Below are positions 50,500-62,796 of a stretch of DNA of 64,000 nucleotides, one piece after another. The stretch is taken from positions 3,906,001 to 3,970,000 of the forward strand of contig JBLDXI010000024.1 in the NCBI GenBank assembly GCA_047495785.1, written 5' to 3'. How positions within the stretch are numbered: the first letter of the stretch is position 1; each line of letters begins with the position of its first letter. The translations under genes and the position numbers were made by a program. Below the pieces are notes generated by a model. The model made no database searches. It was not told where the DNA came from and saw only the letters and a list, made by a program, of their open reading frames with translations. Origin of the DNA: Lepidodermella squamata (Eukaryota; Animalia; Gastrotricha).

Positions 50500-50673
50500 G
50501 AAATTTGCTTGGAAAGCAGTGCCCGGAGAGCAAAGTGTGTGCGTAGCAGGCAAATTGCCTGGAAAGCAGTGTTTTCCACGCATACGCTCATTACGGCTTA
50601 CTGCATGGAAAGCAGCTGCTTTCTGGGCGCACTGCTTTCTATGCTAACTTCTCCTCCAGAATAATCAAACAGC
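50500..50673 (-). repeat. Right TIR (~170 bp)
   Basis: ...gctaacttctcctccagaataatcaaacagc is the reverse complement of the left TIR. Confidence 0.95.
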
Positions 50674-52140
50674 TTAAAAAAATTCGCGTCAAAGCTAATT
50701 TTATTTTAAAAATTTAAACGAAATCAACAAATTTTAATACAAAAATACAAATTTTAAGGATTTTTTAATAATTTTACAAATATTTTTAATTAAGTGTAGC
50801 CGCATGTTTTAAGCGTCGAAAAATAAGCTCTTACTACGTCACTCTGACGCGTGACGCAATTAAGCAATATTAATCGGTCACGCGTGAATGAGGAAGCTTT
50901 TATCATCATGCGTTACGGATATTTCGTCATTTTCATTGGTCATTTTCAGGTGTCAAGATCCGGCACTGCCTGCTTGGATTGTCTTACGCGCACTTGCTTC
51001 GCGGTGCGACGTAATGGGCAGGTCCCAATATTTTTCCACCCTGGAATCTGGGATCATGAACTAGCAATCATTCGATCTTAGACGCAATTGGAGATTCTGC
51101 AACTGGAGGGTGGCGTTGCGGAGGGGGGAGTGAACACTGCGGAAGTTGCGACAGAAATGCGGCTTGTCGAAGAAGAGGAGGAATGCATTCCAATTCTAAG
51201 TAAAATAGACTTGGTCGAATCGAATTTGGATTATAAAGAGTTTTTACGAGTGTGTCGATAGCACGCCCTAAAGGGTTTGAGTACTTCATTTTAGGCTCCA
51301 GCACTCGATTTTCCAATGACTGGGCTCTTCTCGAGTTAAAAATCTTCCTTAAATCTCAATTTGTTGATAATCACATGGATAATCACGCCCAACAATTAAC
51401 TGGAATTTGAAATTGACAACTTCCCCTAAGACAAGCCGATGTTGTAGTGCCGTTGTTCAATCGGATTTGGGATTTTTCTGCCGCTACGCCGATTCGATGC
51501 CCTCTCGAATCCAATGCTGGCGTTTAGTTCATAAAATGTTCAAATCACCTTCGAATCAATGAAAATGGCTCTGAAGAAGCACCCGCCCTCCATTGGCCCT
51601 GGCGCGGCCGATAGCGACAAACCGATTGTCGAAGCTAAACCCGACTGGCTAACCCTGCCTGACGCGGTGCCTCTCCTCGAAAAAATCATGCGAGAAAACA
51701 AGAGGTCGGCCGCGAACAACGACCCGGCTTAAACCCAGTCCGCGGACAACCGTACGTAGGTGAATCAATCAGCTTCAGTGAATTAAAGACTGATTCATCG
51801 CCAGAAAATTAACCGGGAAAATGCACTGCGCGCTTCATCAATATTTTCATCACTAAAATTGACCGTCCCGACTCAATTTCATGATTTCGGCCTTTTCTTG
51901 ATTAATACTATGATGTCCTCCATGACCCGGATTTCTTATTTTCGCCAACTGCCACCGTCAGACAAGGGGGACAATTTTTCGATTTTTCCTTTCGTAGTTT
52001 TCAACTTGCAATTTTTTCGATAACAAAAAACAATCGATCAAGGCAAAAAGCTGGTTATCTTTTCGTTTATTGAATAAATTATTTTTCCAATACTGTTTCG
52101 AAGCAAAATATTGCAAGCAGTAAGAAAGACGTCGTATTTT

Positions 52141-55100
52141 TCACGGAATGACGAGCAGCGACGCTCGAGCCAGGGCCTCAGTGCCACCGTTTAGCAGGCA
52201 AACGCGTGACATCATAAAATCAACGACCAAATGCCGTGCGAATTCCACCGCACCGCCGTAACCAGCCTTCGAGTTGCAAACAATCACAACAGTCGTACCG
52301 CCGAAGGTCGCCCCGCCCGGTGAAACCGGCGTGCTGCCGCTCGATTTCACCGAATCGGCCAAACCAGGCGAGGCGGGCATATTATGTTGCCCGGATGTGC
52401 ATTCAATTATCAGGCGTTGCAGCTGCGGGTCCAAATCGGCGCCCAGGGACATTTGCGCTGGTATATTGATCGAACCCGGGTAAGCCCCGCGGCCGAATTC
52501 TTCCGGTGATCTGATGTCAATTACGACTAATTTGTTCAAAATCGCATCTTTCCCGAGCCAGAAGTGTTGTAGATCAGCCACACTGATCCGGCCGCACGGG
52601 TCTGTGATGACAACCGGGTCGGGTTGCGTGTCATTCGCGGAAATTAAGGCGGCTGCTGCTGCTCTTCTCGCCGATTGTTGCGGCAGAATGTGGTCGGAAG
52701 TTTTCGATTGATGTTGCGAATTGGGATCACTCGGCTTCGGTTCGGATAACGGGTGTCGCATCAGGCTAGGCGGCGTTGAGTTGTAGAAAGCCACCGCATC
52801 GGCGACTAGTCGGGCAATGTCGAAATCAGACATGTCCGATGAAAGCAGGATACAGTCATTGAACTCGAAGGAAATCAATTTTGACCGGAGCTGAAAAAAT
52901 AAAAAATATATTAGAACCTTATTTTAGCTATAAAAAATGAAAATGAAGGGTACATCGTTATCGGTAAAAGTCGAAATCGAAAAATCACGTTTCGCTTCGT
53001 TTTCGTTAACGAAAAAAATCTTTCTATTCTCGATTTCGCAACTTGTGGTGACTCTAACTAAATTTTAACATTTCAGTTGAATTTTTTCATCTCACCTGTT
53101 GTAAAACTGCCAATCCAACACATAGCAGGAAGTTGTTGTCATACAGCAGCAGCGTATCATACAAATGATAAAGCTTGGTCAGCGCAAAAACGTGCGCAAA
53201 AGCCGTCAAAAACCAACTGATAGCATACAAATCCGGCACGAAGCCAATCTTCTGCAGATGCGCGCTCAACTCGGCATCGTGGAAGGCAATCAAATGCGAG
53301 AACACGCCCAAATACTCGCGAACAACATCGCTGTTATCTCGCGTGAAGAAATTGTTCAAATACTTTTCGATAAAACGTTGGAAACACGCAAGGGCAAGCG
53401 CTTCATTCGTAAAATTTAACCTTAAAAACGGCGCTAGCAACGAATCTAAACCCTGCCAGTAGGCGTTGTTCGGATTTTTCCGCAACCATGCGGTTAAAAC
53501 TCGTTTCAGCTTGATTCGGCCCATATGAGACGCCAATAAATCGTCGTATTGATGGCACCGAGGTATATCGACGTCAATTTGCCGGTGGGATGGGTGCAGC
53601 GAGTCAACGTCAATATTCGCGTAGTACTCGTAACTATCAGCCGGGACGTTAAGTAGGCAACACCAAACAAGGCCGCGATAAAGTGGGACAATATCAACCC
53701 GAGCCGCCTCGAGTAATTTAGCCCTGGTGAATGGATACGCCTCTAATAACCGGTGAAATAGAACGCATCGATGCAACTGGTACTCGGGGTCTCTTTCTCG
53801 AATTATCAACGGCTGTTTTTGAATTTCAGTGAAAAATTCCTGCCTTTTCAAGATTGAACTCTGTTCGAAATCTTCAAGTTCCGGGTACTTTTCCAGCAAA
53901 CAATACAAATCCTCGACGTTTATATTACTCTGCAATCGATTTATCAGCGGCTCTAGCGGGATTTCAACAACAGCACTCGAGTATAAAGTGCCGCGGTCTG
54001 GTATTGCCCCGAAAGATCGGTCAATTTTCGACAAATAAATCGGAGCTAATTTACAAATTGCCGGCAGTGATTTGACTTGAAGTGACGATTTTTTCACTAA
54101 AACCCTCGGATCGGGTGAAACTAAGCTCAGCAGGTAATACACTTCCTCCAAAGGGCGTGATTGCCTCAAATGGTCGAAAACTGAATTTGTGTCCGGAATG
54201 AGGTCAAAAATCGAATTCTCGTCAATTTCCAACAAATTCTGATCTTTAGGATAAGCGCCTGGTTGGCATCGGGGTCTGAATGGATTGAGGCCCTTCGCGA
54301 CTAATTGCGATCCTTTCTGGGACGCGATTTTGCACTCATTTTGGACATCTTTTGGTAGCAAATTTTCCAACGCTTGTTTCGGCAGTAAACGAGCTGACGG
54401 AGTTAATTCGAGGCTTGCTCGTAGTAATTTTTCAAAAATCGCACAGTCCTCCTTGAAAGATTCCGTATCTTCTTGCGTCAGTTTGAATTTCAACGTTCGG
54501 AAAATCATGTCGCATGCTGATGTTGATTCCCCGCTCGTTCTTAGCGCGATATTTACGAGGGTCGATAGAAGTTGGTGCAAATTCGAAGCCGTCGATGCAA
54601 GCTGCAAAATAAATTCAAAATTTCTAATTAAAATGAATATTTTTCATTAAATTATCGTGTTTTACCTCAGTTGAAGTAAAGAGCTCAGCTAGCAAGATTC
54701 CCAAGGTCCAAACGTCGGAAAACACGCTAAATCTCTGAGAGGCTTGCCGCAGATGATTCGCGAAATTCAACTCGCCAACGTCTGTTTGATCGCCATTTTT
54801 CACCGCAGAAACCAACTTTTTGCCATTCCCGTTTGTTTCCAGCGCCGCCATAGCGATTTCAGGCGCTAAATAAGCCGCGCTCGCTAGTGGAAATTCGACC
54901 AATGTACCGTTTTCAGAAGCCCAGAAAATTCCGTAGTTGAAAATTTTCACCGAAGGTGGCCATGCTCCAACGTTACATAACATAACATTACTCGCACTCA
55001 AATTTCCGACAATTATCCCTTGAGAGTGGAGGTAATCAAGGCCGATTTCGATCTGGCAACCTATCCTCAGGCATGCTTGGAGGTTTTCTTTGAATAATTC

Positions 55101-55412
55101 AAGCCTAATCGCGTCTTTCAAGCTGGTCTCGTAAAACTCCTGAACAAACACCACTTGTTCATGGCGCCCGACCATAGCGTCAACATATCGGCACAAATTT
55201 TTGTTTGACAACTGAAACAATCGTTGGAAATTTCCGAGAATGCGAACACTGGGCTGAACGCCGTGATAAATCGGCGAAATTACGACCGGAGTTTGCTGCT
55301 CATTGCCATTTTCAGCCGAATCTTGGCTAGAATTGGCAGAGTTACTGCAGTTCGTGGTAGCGAAAAAGGTCGATACGCCGAAACGGCCATTTCCCAAAGC
55401 ACATGTAAACAT
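52141..55412 (-). CDS. TBCK: TBC domain-containing kinase-like protein
   Basis: Exons 55412-54666, 54601-53096, 52890-52141. Pseudokinase (HRD replaced), PLIIRERDPEYQ, RQIDVDIPRCHQYD, YWQGLDSL and a C-terminal rhodanese domain (VIDIRSPEEF...LNGG). Confidence 0.95.
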
Positions 55413-55683
55413 GGCCTAATGAAAACAAATCAGTGTTCAGTCACGTTTTTACTTGCAATTTTTACAACGAAAACACGATGTGCAGAACGAAGAAAATAGT
55501 TTGGTGTTACAAAATATGCGATTCTCAGCAGTTTATTTCTCGCGTCACCGACCAGAAAAAAGGGTCAAATTTTCTTCGTTTAAGATAAACAAACAATCAC
55601 ACTGAATTGCCAAAGTTTTTTTCCAATTGTTTGTGGTCACAACGTTATTAAATATAACGGTAGCTAACAATTAGGTACTAATT

Positions 55684-56842
55684 TCAAGGCCCTGAACCCG
55701 GCGCGGACGACTGAGGCCCAACTCCACCGGGGGCTAGACCGGCCTGGGCGAAAACTATGGGTGGTGGAGCCATGAAAAGCCCACCAGCACCTGGTCGGAA
55801 CAAAAACGGCTGGGCTTGTTGGGCTTGTAACAATAAAGCAGCTTGAGCCATCATCGGATTCGCAAAAGGCATGCCGGCGAAGGAATTCGGAGCACCAGGT
55901 CTTGCCTATCAAGACATAAATTTTTAATGTTAAGTTAATGAAATAATCTTACTTGGAAAATATTTGGAGGCAGTTGAGAAGGATTGATTAAACCAGGAGG
56001 TATGCCAGGCGGGAGATTACCGTTGGGTTGGTGGACTTGAATCGAGGCAAGACATATTGAGGCAGATTCGAGCTGATTCGTCTCAGAACTTTGCGGCGTA
56101 CCGTAAGAGCCGCTGTGCCGTTGGTTAGCGTGGGTTTGAAGATCTTCGATAGATTTGTAAGCTCGGCGACAACCGCCGTGAACCTTTGAACCGCCATTCG
56201 TACAGATGTAAAGCTGACCTGGCGGACAAAGCTCGACGCCCGTAATTGCATTCCGGCACTTTGAACACGACTGCTTGGAATCCGGAGCATTCATGTCATT
56301 AGCACATGTGTAGCAAAATGTGTGCTTGCAAGGCAGCTGGAAATGAAAGGTGTTACTAATAAAGCCCAATGACAAAAAAGCAGAACACGTACTAAACGGC
56401 CGTAATTTATTACAGGTAATCTGCAAATATCGCAGATAAAAATCGTAGGGTCCTTAATCACTTCAACATTGCTGGTATTGATTTGAAAGTTCCAGTTTGT
56501 TATGTTTTCCCCGAACTGCGCGCCGTTAGATGCTACTTGGGGCGCACCAGATGCATTGCTAGCCTGCCGTTTCTGAGGCGATTTCCGTGGTGAACCGTCA
56601 GAATACTGGGATGAGTAATCGTCATAACTCCGAGAGCGTGACCTTCTTCTGGAGTGACTTCGGGACCTCGATGAGCTAGAGCTGCGAGACGAACGAGAAG
56701 AACGACTTCTTCTAGAAGACCTATCACTGCGATTATCGTCATGGTGTCCTGAATTGCGGGCATCGGTAGCCTCATCAGAATTCACATCTTTCTTGAATTT
56801 GATATTAATATTCTTCCGAACAGATGCATCGGGATTGCTCAT
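55684..56842 (-). CDS. CBLL1: E3 ubiquitin ligase Hakai-like
   Basis: Exons 56842-56393, 56336-55953, 55905-55684. DPTIFICDICRLPVINYGRL|LPCKHTFCYTCA...CSKC RING, then LYIC...GCRRAYKSIEDLQTHANQRH HYB/C2H2 finger. Confidence 0.88.
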
Positions 56843-57498
56843 CTCGTTTCGAGAAGATATTAAAGCTACCTATTGAAACGAAGTAGCAAATGAACATTAC
56901 ACGAATTGTGATTATCAACCGCTAAGTGTCTATATCTCATGTTGTTTAGGGATTAATGATTATACTAAGATGATCATTCGTGCAAGGTTTTCTAAGAAAA
57001 ATATAAGCAATGTTTTGCAGCCCCACATGAGAGCATTGCAAGCTTCTCCCTTCTCCCAGAGTTGAATGACTTTTGCCGTGCTGCGGAAAGCGCGTCCCAA
57101 GTCCCAATGTTCGTGCTCGAAACGCAAACCGGTGGACGAGATTTTGCGAATGCAGGCGAATAAAAATAGCGATGTCTTATTTTCTGACATTTGTTTTTTT
57201 GAGAAAATTTTGCGCTGAAACGCTTATGCATAATAAAATATAACAAACCACTTTCCCAAATCGACTTTTGCAATTTGCACTTGTGCGCATTTTTTATGCA
57301 AAAATCCAAGTCTTTTGTCCCTTGGCACTTCGCACTCTTTGCTCTTGGCTCAGTAAAGTTGAAGTTTTGACTGAGTACTTTTAGTTGAGCTTTTCCTTCT
57401 CTAAGAGTAAAGTCTCTGGATTGTAGGTTGCGTAGAATCCAGTTGGAACCACTAAAGTGAACAGAATCTGCAGCTTCCCATCAATAAAAATCGTTTGA

Positions 57499-58329
57499 AT
57501 GGCATCGAAAGGAGTTCGTGGTGCGCAAGCAGCACCTAAAACTGGCTGGCAGCTTCACTCACCCTTACCCCCAGCTAAAGTATATCCTTACGTTCTCAAG
57601 CGAATACGTGCGGACAAGTTAGCCAATCAGAGGAAGCAGCTCGTGGCAAAACAACGAAAAGAAGCTGCAAACCAAATAGCTCTTACGGAACAATCCCGAG
57701 CTAATTTGACTGCGCTTGAAGTTCAAATGGAACAGCTGAAACAGCAAAAACAGCAGATATTTGTGAGGCTTCGACAAACGCTCCAGTCTTCCAAGTCTTC
57801 GCAGCCTGTTACACCCGGTGGGCTCGCTCAATCTCCTCAAACTCCAACGGGCGAGTTGGCGTCGCCTGGCAGTACTGCGAAATTGATGCAATCGCAACCA
57901 AATCAGCCTCCTCAGATGATGCCTAATGCGCCTTTATCAAGACCTCCAATGTCAACCCCACAGCCTTCATTAGCAATGGGAAATAGGCCATTGGCCCTAT
58001 CATTTTCGGCACCAAATCGCCCCTCGAACACACCTCATTTATTCCCTGGCCAAAGTCCGATGAATTTTCACCAGAACAACTTGGTTATGACGTCTCCAGA
58101 ACCATCTTTAGCGCAGCAGCAGCAGCAGCAAGCTCAAACTCCATCAGGAACTGCTGCTGGTGTGAAACCTTGCGCTTTGGTTAGACCGACTACAAAGAAC
58201 ATGAATGAACCTGGAACTCCTATTAACAATACCCCATCGCCGATGTTCCCCATGCCTGCTCGATTTTCATCTCCTCCTACTCAAGGCTTGCCTCCAAGGC
58301 CGCCTCATCAAGGAGGTCCTCGCTTTTGA
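57499..58329 (+). CDS. GPS2: GPS2-like coiled-coil, Pro/Gln-rich protein
   Basis: LTEQSRANLTALEVQMEQLKQQKQQIFVRLRQTL aligns with GPS2 LEETKEQILKLEEKLLALQEEKHQLFLQLKKVL; low-complexity tail. Confidence 0.6.
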   Translation: MASKGVRGAQAAPKTGWQLHSPLPPAKVYPYVLKRIRADKLANQRKQLVAKQRKEAANQIALTEQSRANLTALEVQMEQLKQQKQQIFVRLRQTLQSSKSSQPVTPGGLAQSPQTPTGELASPGSTAKLMQSQPNQPPQMMPNAPLSRPPMSTPQPSLAMGNRPLALSFSAPNRPSNTPHLFPGQSPMNFHQNNLVMTSPEPSLAQQQQQQAQTPSGTAAGVKPCALVRPTTKNMNEPGTPINNTPSPMFPMPARFSSPPTQGLPPRPPHQGGPRF

Positions 58330-58447
58330 ATTATCGTATGCTCATTCGAATGATTTTGTTGCTTTGTGTACTTTATAAGTTTGTAGTAAAGAATCAACTT
58401 GATGTAATTTTGTTCGATTTTTGATTTTTAGGCTTACTTAGCCTTAA

Positions 58448-60242
58448 ATGACTATATTACCGCAAAAACCTCGTCCTCAAAAGGACAAACCACCCGGAGG
58501 AGTTGGCGGCGTTGTGACATCTGCCAATGCTCAGCAAGCTGCTCAAGAAGTTGTAGCTGACCAACCGGCACAAGATCTCCTCAACCGGCCGTCGACCTCG
58601 CGAGCTTCCTCTCTTCCTACTAGTTCAAATGTGCCCAATCCTAGCGGCGTTGTAGTTGCTCAGCCTTCTAGTTTAGTGTTAGAGTCGCCAGCAGAGCGGA
58701 GGCTAGCGAAAAGTTTGAAACGGGCCTCGGCAACCCCGCCACCGACTAGTAAAAAAGGCTCAAAGAAGTCAGAGCAATCCCACTTCGTCTCTCCGCCGGC
58801 TAATGAAGAGGCGTGTAACAGCGAAGACGAATACGTTGCCGATCCGAACAACGAAGATTTGAACCCGGCAGCCGTTCTGGAGCGTGAAATTCAATTCGAG
58901 CGAGTTATGAAGGAGAAAGGCTTCCATTTAAGGCGAATGGCAGAAGATGGTGGTTGCTTATTCCGGGCAGTTGCCGATCAAGTCTACGGAGACCAGAGGT
59001 GGCATGATGTTGTTCGACGGCAATGCGTCGATCACATGGAGAAAAATCGAGATTATTACTCGGCCTTCGTGACAGAAGAGTTTGACGATTACCTAAAACG
59101 GAAACGGCGGCTCGATTGTTTTGGTAACAATATTGAAATTCAGGCTTTGTCTGAAATTTACGGCCGGCCCGTTGAGATTTATCGGTATTCAACTGAGCCG
59201 ATCAATATTTTTCAAACTCCAACGCCTTCGAGTTACCCGCCTCTTCGCCTTTCCTATCACAATCGCAGCCATTATAATTCGTTGGTTGCGCCATTTGAAG
59301 CCACGGTTGGGGTCGGGCTGGGTCTACCTGGTTACCAGCCGGGTGTTGCTGATCGCAATTTGATGCGGGAAGCGACGCTCATCTCCGAAAACTGCGAGAT
59401 TGAAAAAGCTATGCTTGAAGATAAATTACGCGAAACTGACTGGGAGAAGACGCAGGAAGCCTTGGAAAAACAGGTCGCTCGTGAGTCTTACGTGCAATGG
59501 GTAAGAGAACAGGAGGAGCGGCTGGTGGGTCGCGGCGAATGCGGGGCAAAAAATTCGGGTAAAAGTGCGTTATGTTCGGTTTCCGATTTCGACATTCCTT
59601 CGACGTCGTCGTCGCAAGAGGACGTTCGAACCTCCGCACCTCCGCTGCCGCCTCAGCCCAAACCGTTGTCACCTCAACTTCGAAAATCAGCGTCGAGTCC
59701 GGCGTATAAACCGAGTTTAGACGCTCCAACGTCTCAAACCAACAAAGACAATATAAACAATATCGATAACAATAATAATCCTGGCTCACAGCCCGCGAAA
59801 CCCGAGGAGCATCCAATCAGTGAGTTAATATTTAATTAAATTCAAGGCATTACAATTGATTTAAAAATTACATTTAACGACATCTTGATTAATTTTTCAA
59901 AATTTTGTTGCGAAGTGCCCCGATTTTTCTCGATTTTGCAACCAACAATAGGTTTAACCTAGATTCATCAACCTTATTGTTATTATTTTTTGAATTGGAT
60001 TAAACGTTTTTGTTTTGTTTCTTTGCTTAGCATGGGAAGATTGGATCTCGGACGACGCGGCCGAACAAGAAATAATGCTGGCCGTTATTGCTCGTTCGCA
60101 GGAAGAATATATGAACAGCTTCTCTAAACAGCGGCAAACGAATTCCAAAGAGCTTCCGTCTCCTTCCAAAACACCAACCACCAGCAGCGATTCCAGCAGC
60201 AGCAGCAGCAACAATAATCAACCGCCATCGGCACCCAGCTAG
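58448..60242 (+). CDS. OTUD5: OTU deubiquitinase with C-terminal UIM
   Basis: Exons 58448-59819 and 60031-60242. CNSEDEY, EDGGCLFRAVADQVYGDQ, GNNIEIQALSE, LSYHNRSHYNS, VGVGLGLP and UIM LAVIARSQEEY. Confidence 0.95.
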
Positions 60243-61518
60243 TATTAAGGAATCGAGTCGATAAAGACAATATAACAGAAATATAATATTAATAATGATT
60301 ATTTAAAGAAATATTATTATTATAACTGAAAATGATAAATTTCGAAATACTTGTGTAATTATTCAAAGTCATTTTTTTCTCTAACAGCAGCAATGGATAA
60401 GATTTAGGGTATGATATCATGTGAATTTTACATAAAATATGCTGGTCTCTGATGATGGATATGATGATGATAAAGGAGATAATCTCAGTCTGACGATGTG
60501 CGTTGTTGTTGATACAAATTATTGCAATTTTTCTCTCTCGTCCGGCTGCCAAAATCACCGATAATTAATACTTAATTATTCAATCACTTGATAACGAGCG
60601 ATATAATGTGGCAGTGCTTCGTGTTTGCAATGGTACTAGTTGTTAGCAAAAGCAAAGAGTGTTTCTTACGTGTGCATTAATAATTTATCTATTATAGAAA
60701 ATCGAATCCTCCGTAATAATTATCCCCTTAAAATTGAAACGCTCCGTCAAAATGCAAAATCGAATTTTCTCTCAGCTTAAATTTAAATTTTTATAACTTT
60801 GATTGCGCGTTTCAATTTTGTTAAATTTGATAATATTCGAATACACGTGTGTGGGTTGGCTTCACTTGTTCACTTCCAGTTTTCACGCGACCTTGTTTTC
60901 CCATCCACGCGCACTTTTATTTTTTTCTGTTCGCGGTTAAGAGAGATGAATCCGTGCCTTCTCCTGAAAATTCCCGATTATATAATACAAATTTTAGAGC
61001 TGCTAAGAGAAATTTACTATTTTACGAGAAATGATTATGTAGTTGCTTTTCGTATAGTAGCTTGTTAGTGTAAAAATTTTGAACAAAATATCTTATGCAC
61101 CATCTTCTCCAATCCGTGTCTTCAAATGATAATAATTGTTAAAATTATTCTTATTAAACCTCGAAAAATTGACGATGATGACGAAAAAAATTAGCGAGTA
61201 GCCGTTCGAAAGAAATAACTACTTTTTCTCTTCTGCGAGTCTTTTTCATATCAATTTAAATTACAATAATTTAAATAATAAAACCAAGCGGCAAGCGCGC
61301 GTTTCAACCCGTTGGTGTTTTTCAATTATTTGCTCACAATTTTTTTCTCATTAAAACAACAGGTAAACACGGCAGATATGAACGCTGAGATTTTATTGAT
61401 ACATAAGTATTATGTCGAGAAATTATTTTGTGGTGGTGATTATGAGATCAATTGAAGCGGAAAAAATAGTAGCAAATAATCACAGTTTTTAGGCATATTT
61501 TCGCCGTTTTTGCAGCTG

Positions 61519-62708
61519 TTACTTTTTCTTCTTCCCACTCTTGCCGCTCTTCTTGCCTTTCTTGCCCTTCTTGCCCTTGCCGTCGTCCTCCTCGCCAGCT
61601 GCCAGTTTAGCTCGAGCCTTGCCAAGCGGGCTCTTCTCGAACCACGCTTTAAATTGTTCCTCCTCTTCCTTGTAGACTGGGTTGATTTTCGACAGAGGGA
61701 CCAGAAATTCGCTAGGCACAATCGATCGTTTCTTCTGCTGTTTAACACGTCGATCGTTGAGAATTTCTTCACAGGCTTGTTTAATCATGCCGGGCGTATA
61801 GCCGTCTGAAACCTTAGCCAGCGAGCTGACGTCGAAAGTTGACGTTAAAATGCCGTTATGCATCGGAATCATGTACCGCCAAATCACTGGGAAATCGGAA
61901 AATGAATGAATTTTGAGGAAAATAACAGGAAAAAGATGAGCTTACAATGCCGTGACGCGTAGTCAGGTCTTGGAATTAAGATGGTCTTCTGCCAGGCTGA
62001 AAACATGGGCTTCAATTCGGCCTCATACGGCTTGCATGATGTGCCCATTATTAGGAGCCGATCCTCGCCCTTGATCAATTTCAGCATTTTCGGAAGTTCC
62101 TTTTTCAAGCGCTTCGGGTCAGTCTAAAAAACAGAAAAATTTAATCAATTTATTTTACAATAAATAGGAAAAATTATGGCGATTTTCATAATTTTCGAAT
62201 TTCCCATTTTTCGAAATTTTGAAGAAAACTCACCGGGTCTCCTTTTGGCACCTTCTTCTTGTACATCATCTCAGCTTCGTTGATCAGAATCACCGAGGGC
62301 TGGTAGGCGCGGCCAACTTTCAACACCATATGCATCAACATTTTCAACCCATCTTTGCCCGGGTATTTTCCCGCAATATTCGACGCCGTTAAATTGATCA
62401 AATTCGCCCCGGCCTCGGTGCAAACCGCGTTGACCAGCATCCGCTTACCAACGCCAGCCGGCCCGGCGAGTAGGACTGACTTGATCAAGGGGGCCTTTTC
62501 GTGAATTGCCGGCGATCCAAGCGGAATTATTGCGTATTCGGTGACTAAACGGCGCACATCAGCCAGCGAGGCTTGCGGCTCGGTGCCAGCCAGGCGTAGC
62601 GTCGATCCCAAAAAGCTGTACTCACCCAGGTAGTCAGCCATGCGTGTCGTAGGGCAGCGTTGAATAATTCCCTCAGTAACAAGTTCTTCATACAGAGACT
62701 CAATTGTC
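61519..62708 (-). CDS. IQCA1: IQ and AAA domain-containing protein 1 (DRC11), last three exons; 5' part outside window
   Basis: Exons 62708-62234, 62123-61946, 61886-61519. RTIESLYEELV, LLAGPAGVGKRMLVNAVCTE, GKYPGKDGL, DPKRLKKELPK, LIPRPDYASR and SDGYTPG. Confidence 0.92.
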
Positions 62709-62796
62709 CTTGAATTATAAAAAATATAGATCAGAAAAAATTCATAAAATGTTACATGCAATTTGAATTTCCATGCATTTGAAGTGACAAATAATT

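Larger units (their letters stand above)
42916..50673 (+). mobile_element. Complete Mutator-like (MULE) DNA transposon, 7758 bp
   Basis: Long terminal inverted repeats, an 8-bp target-site duplication TTAAAAAA (42908-42915 and 50674-50681), an internal MULE transposase and a second gene. Confidence 0.93.
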
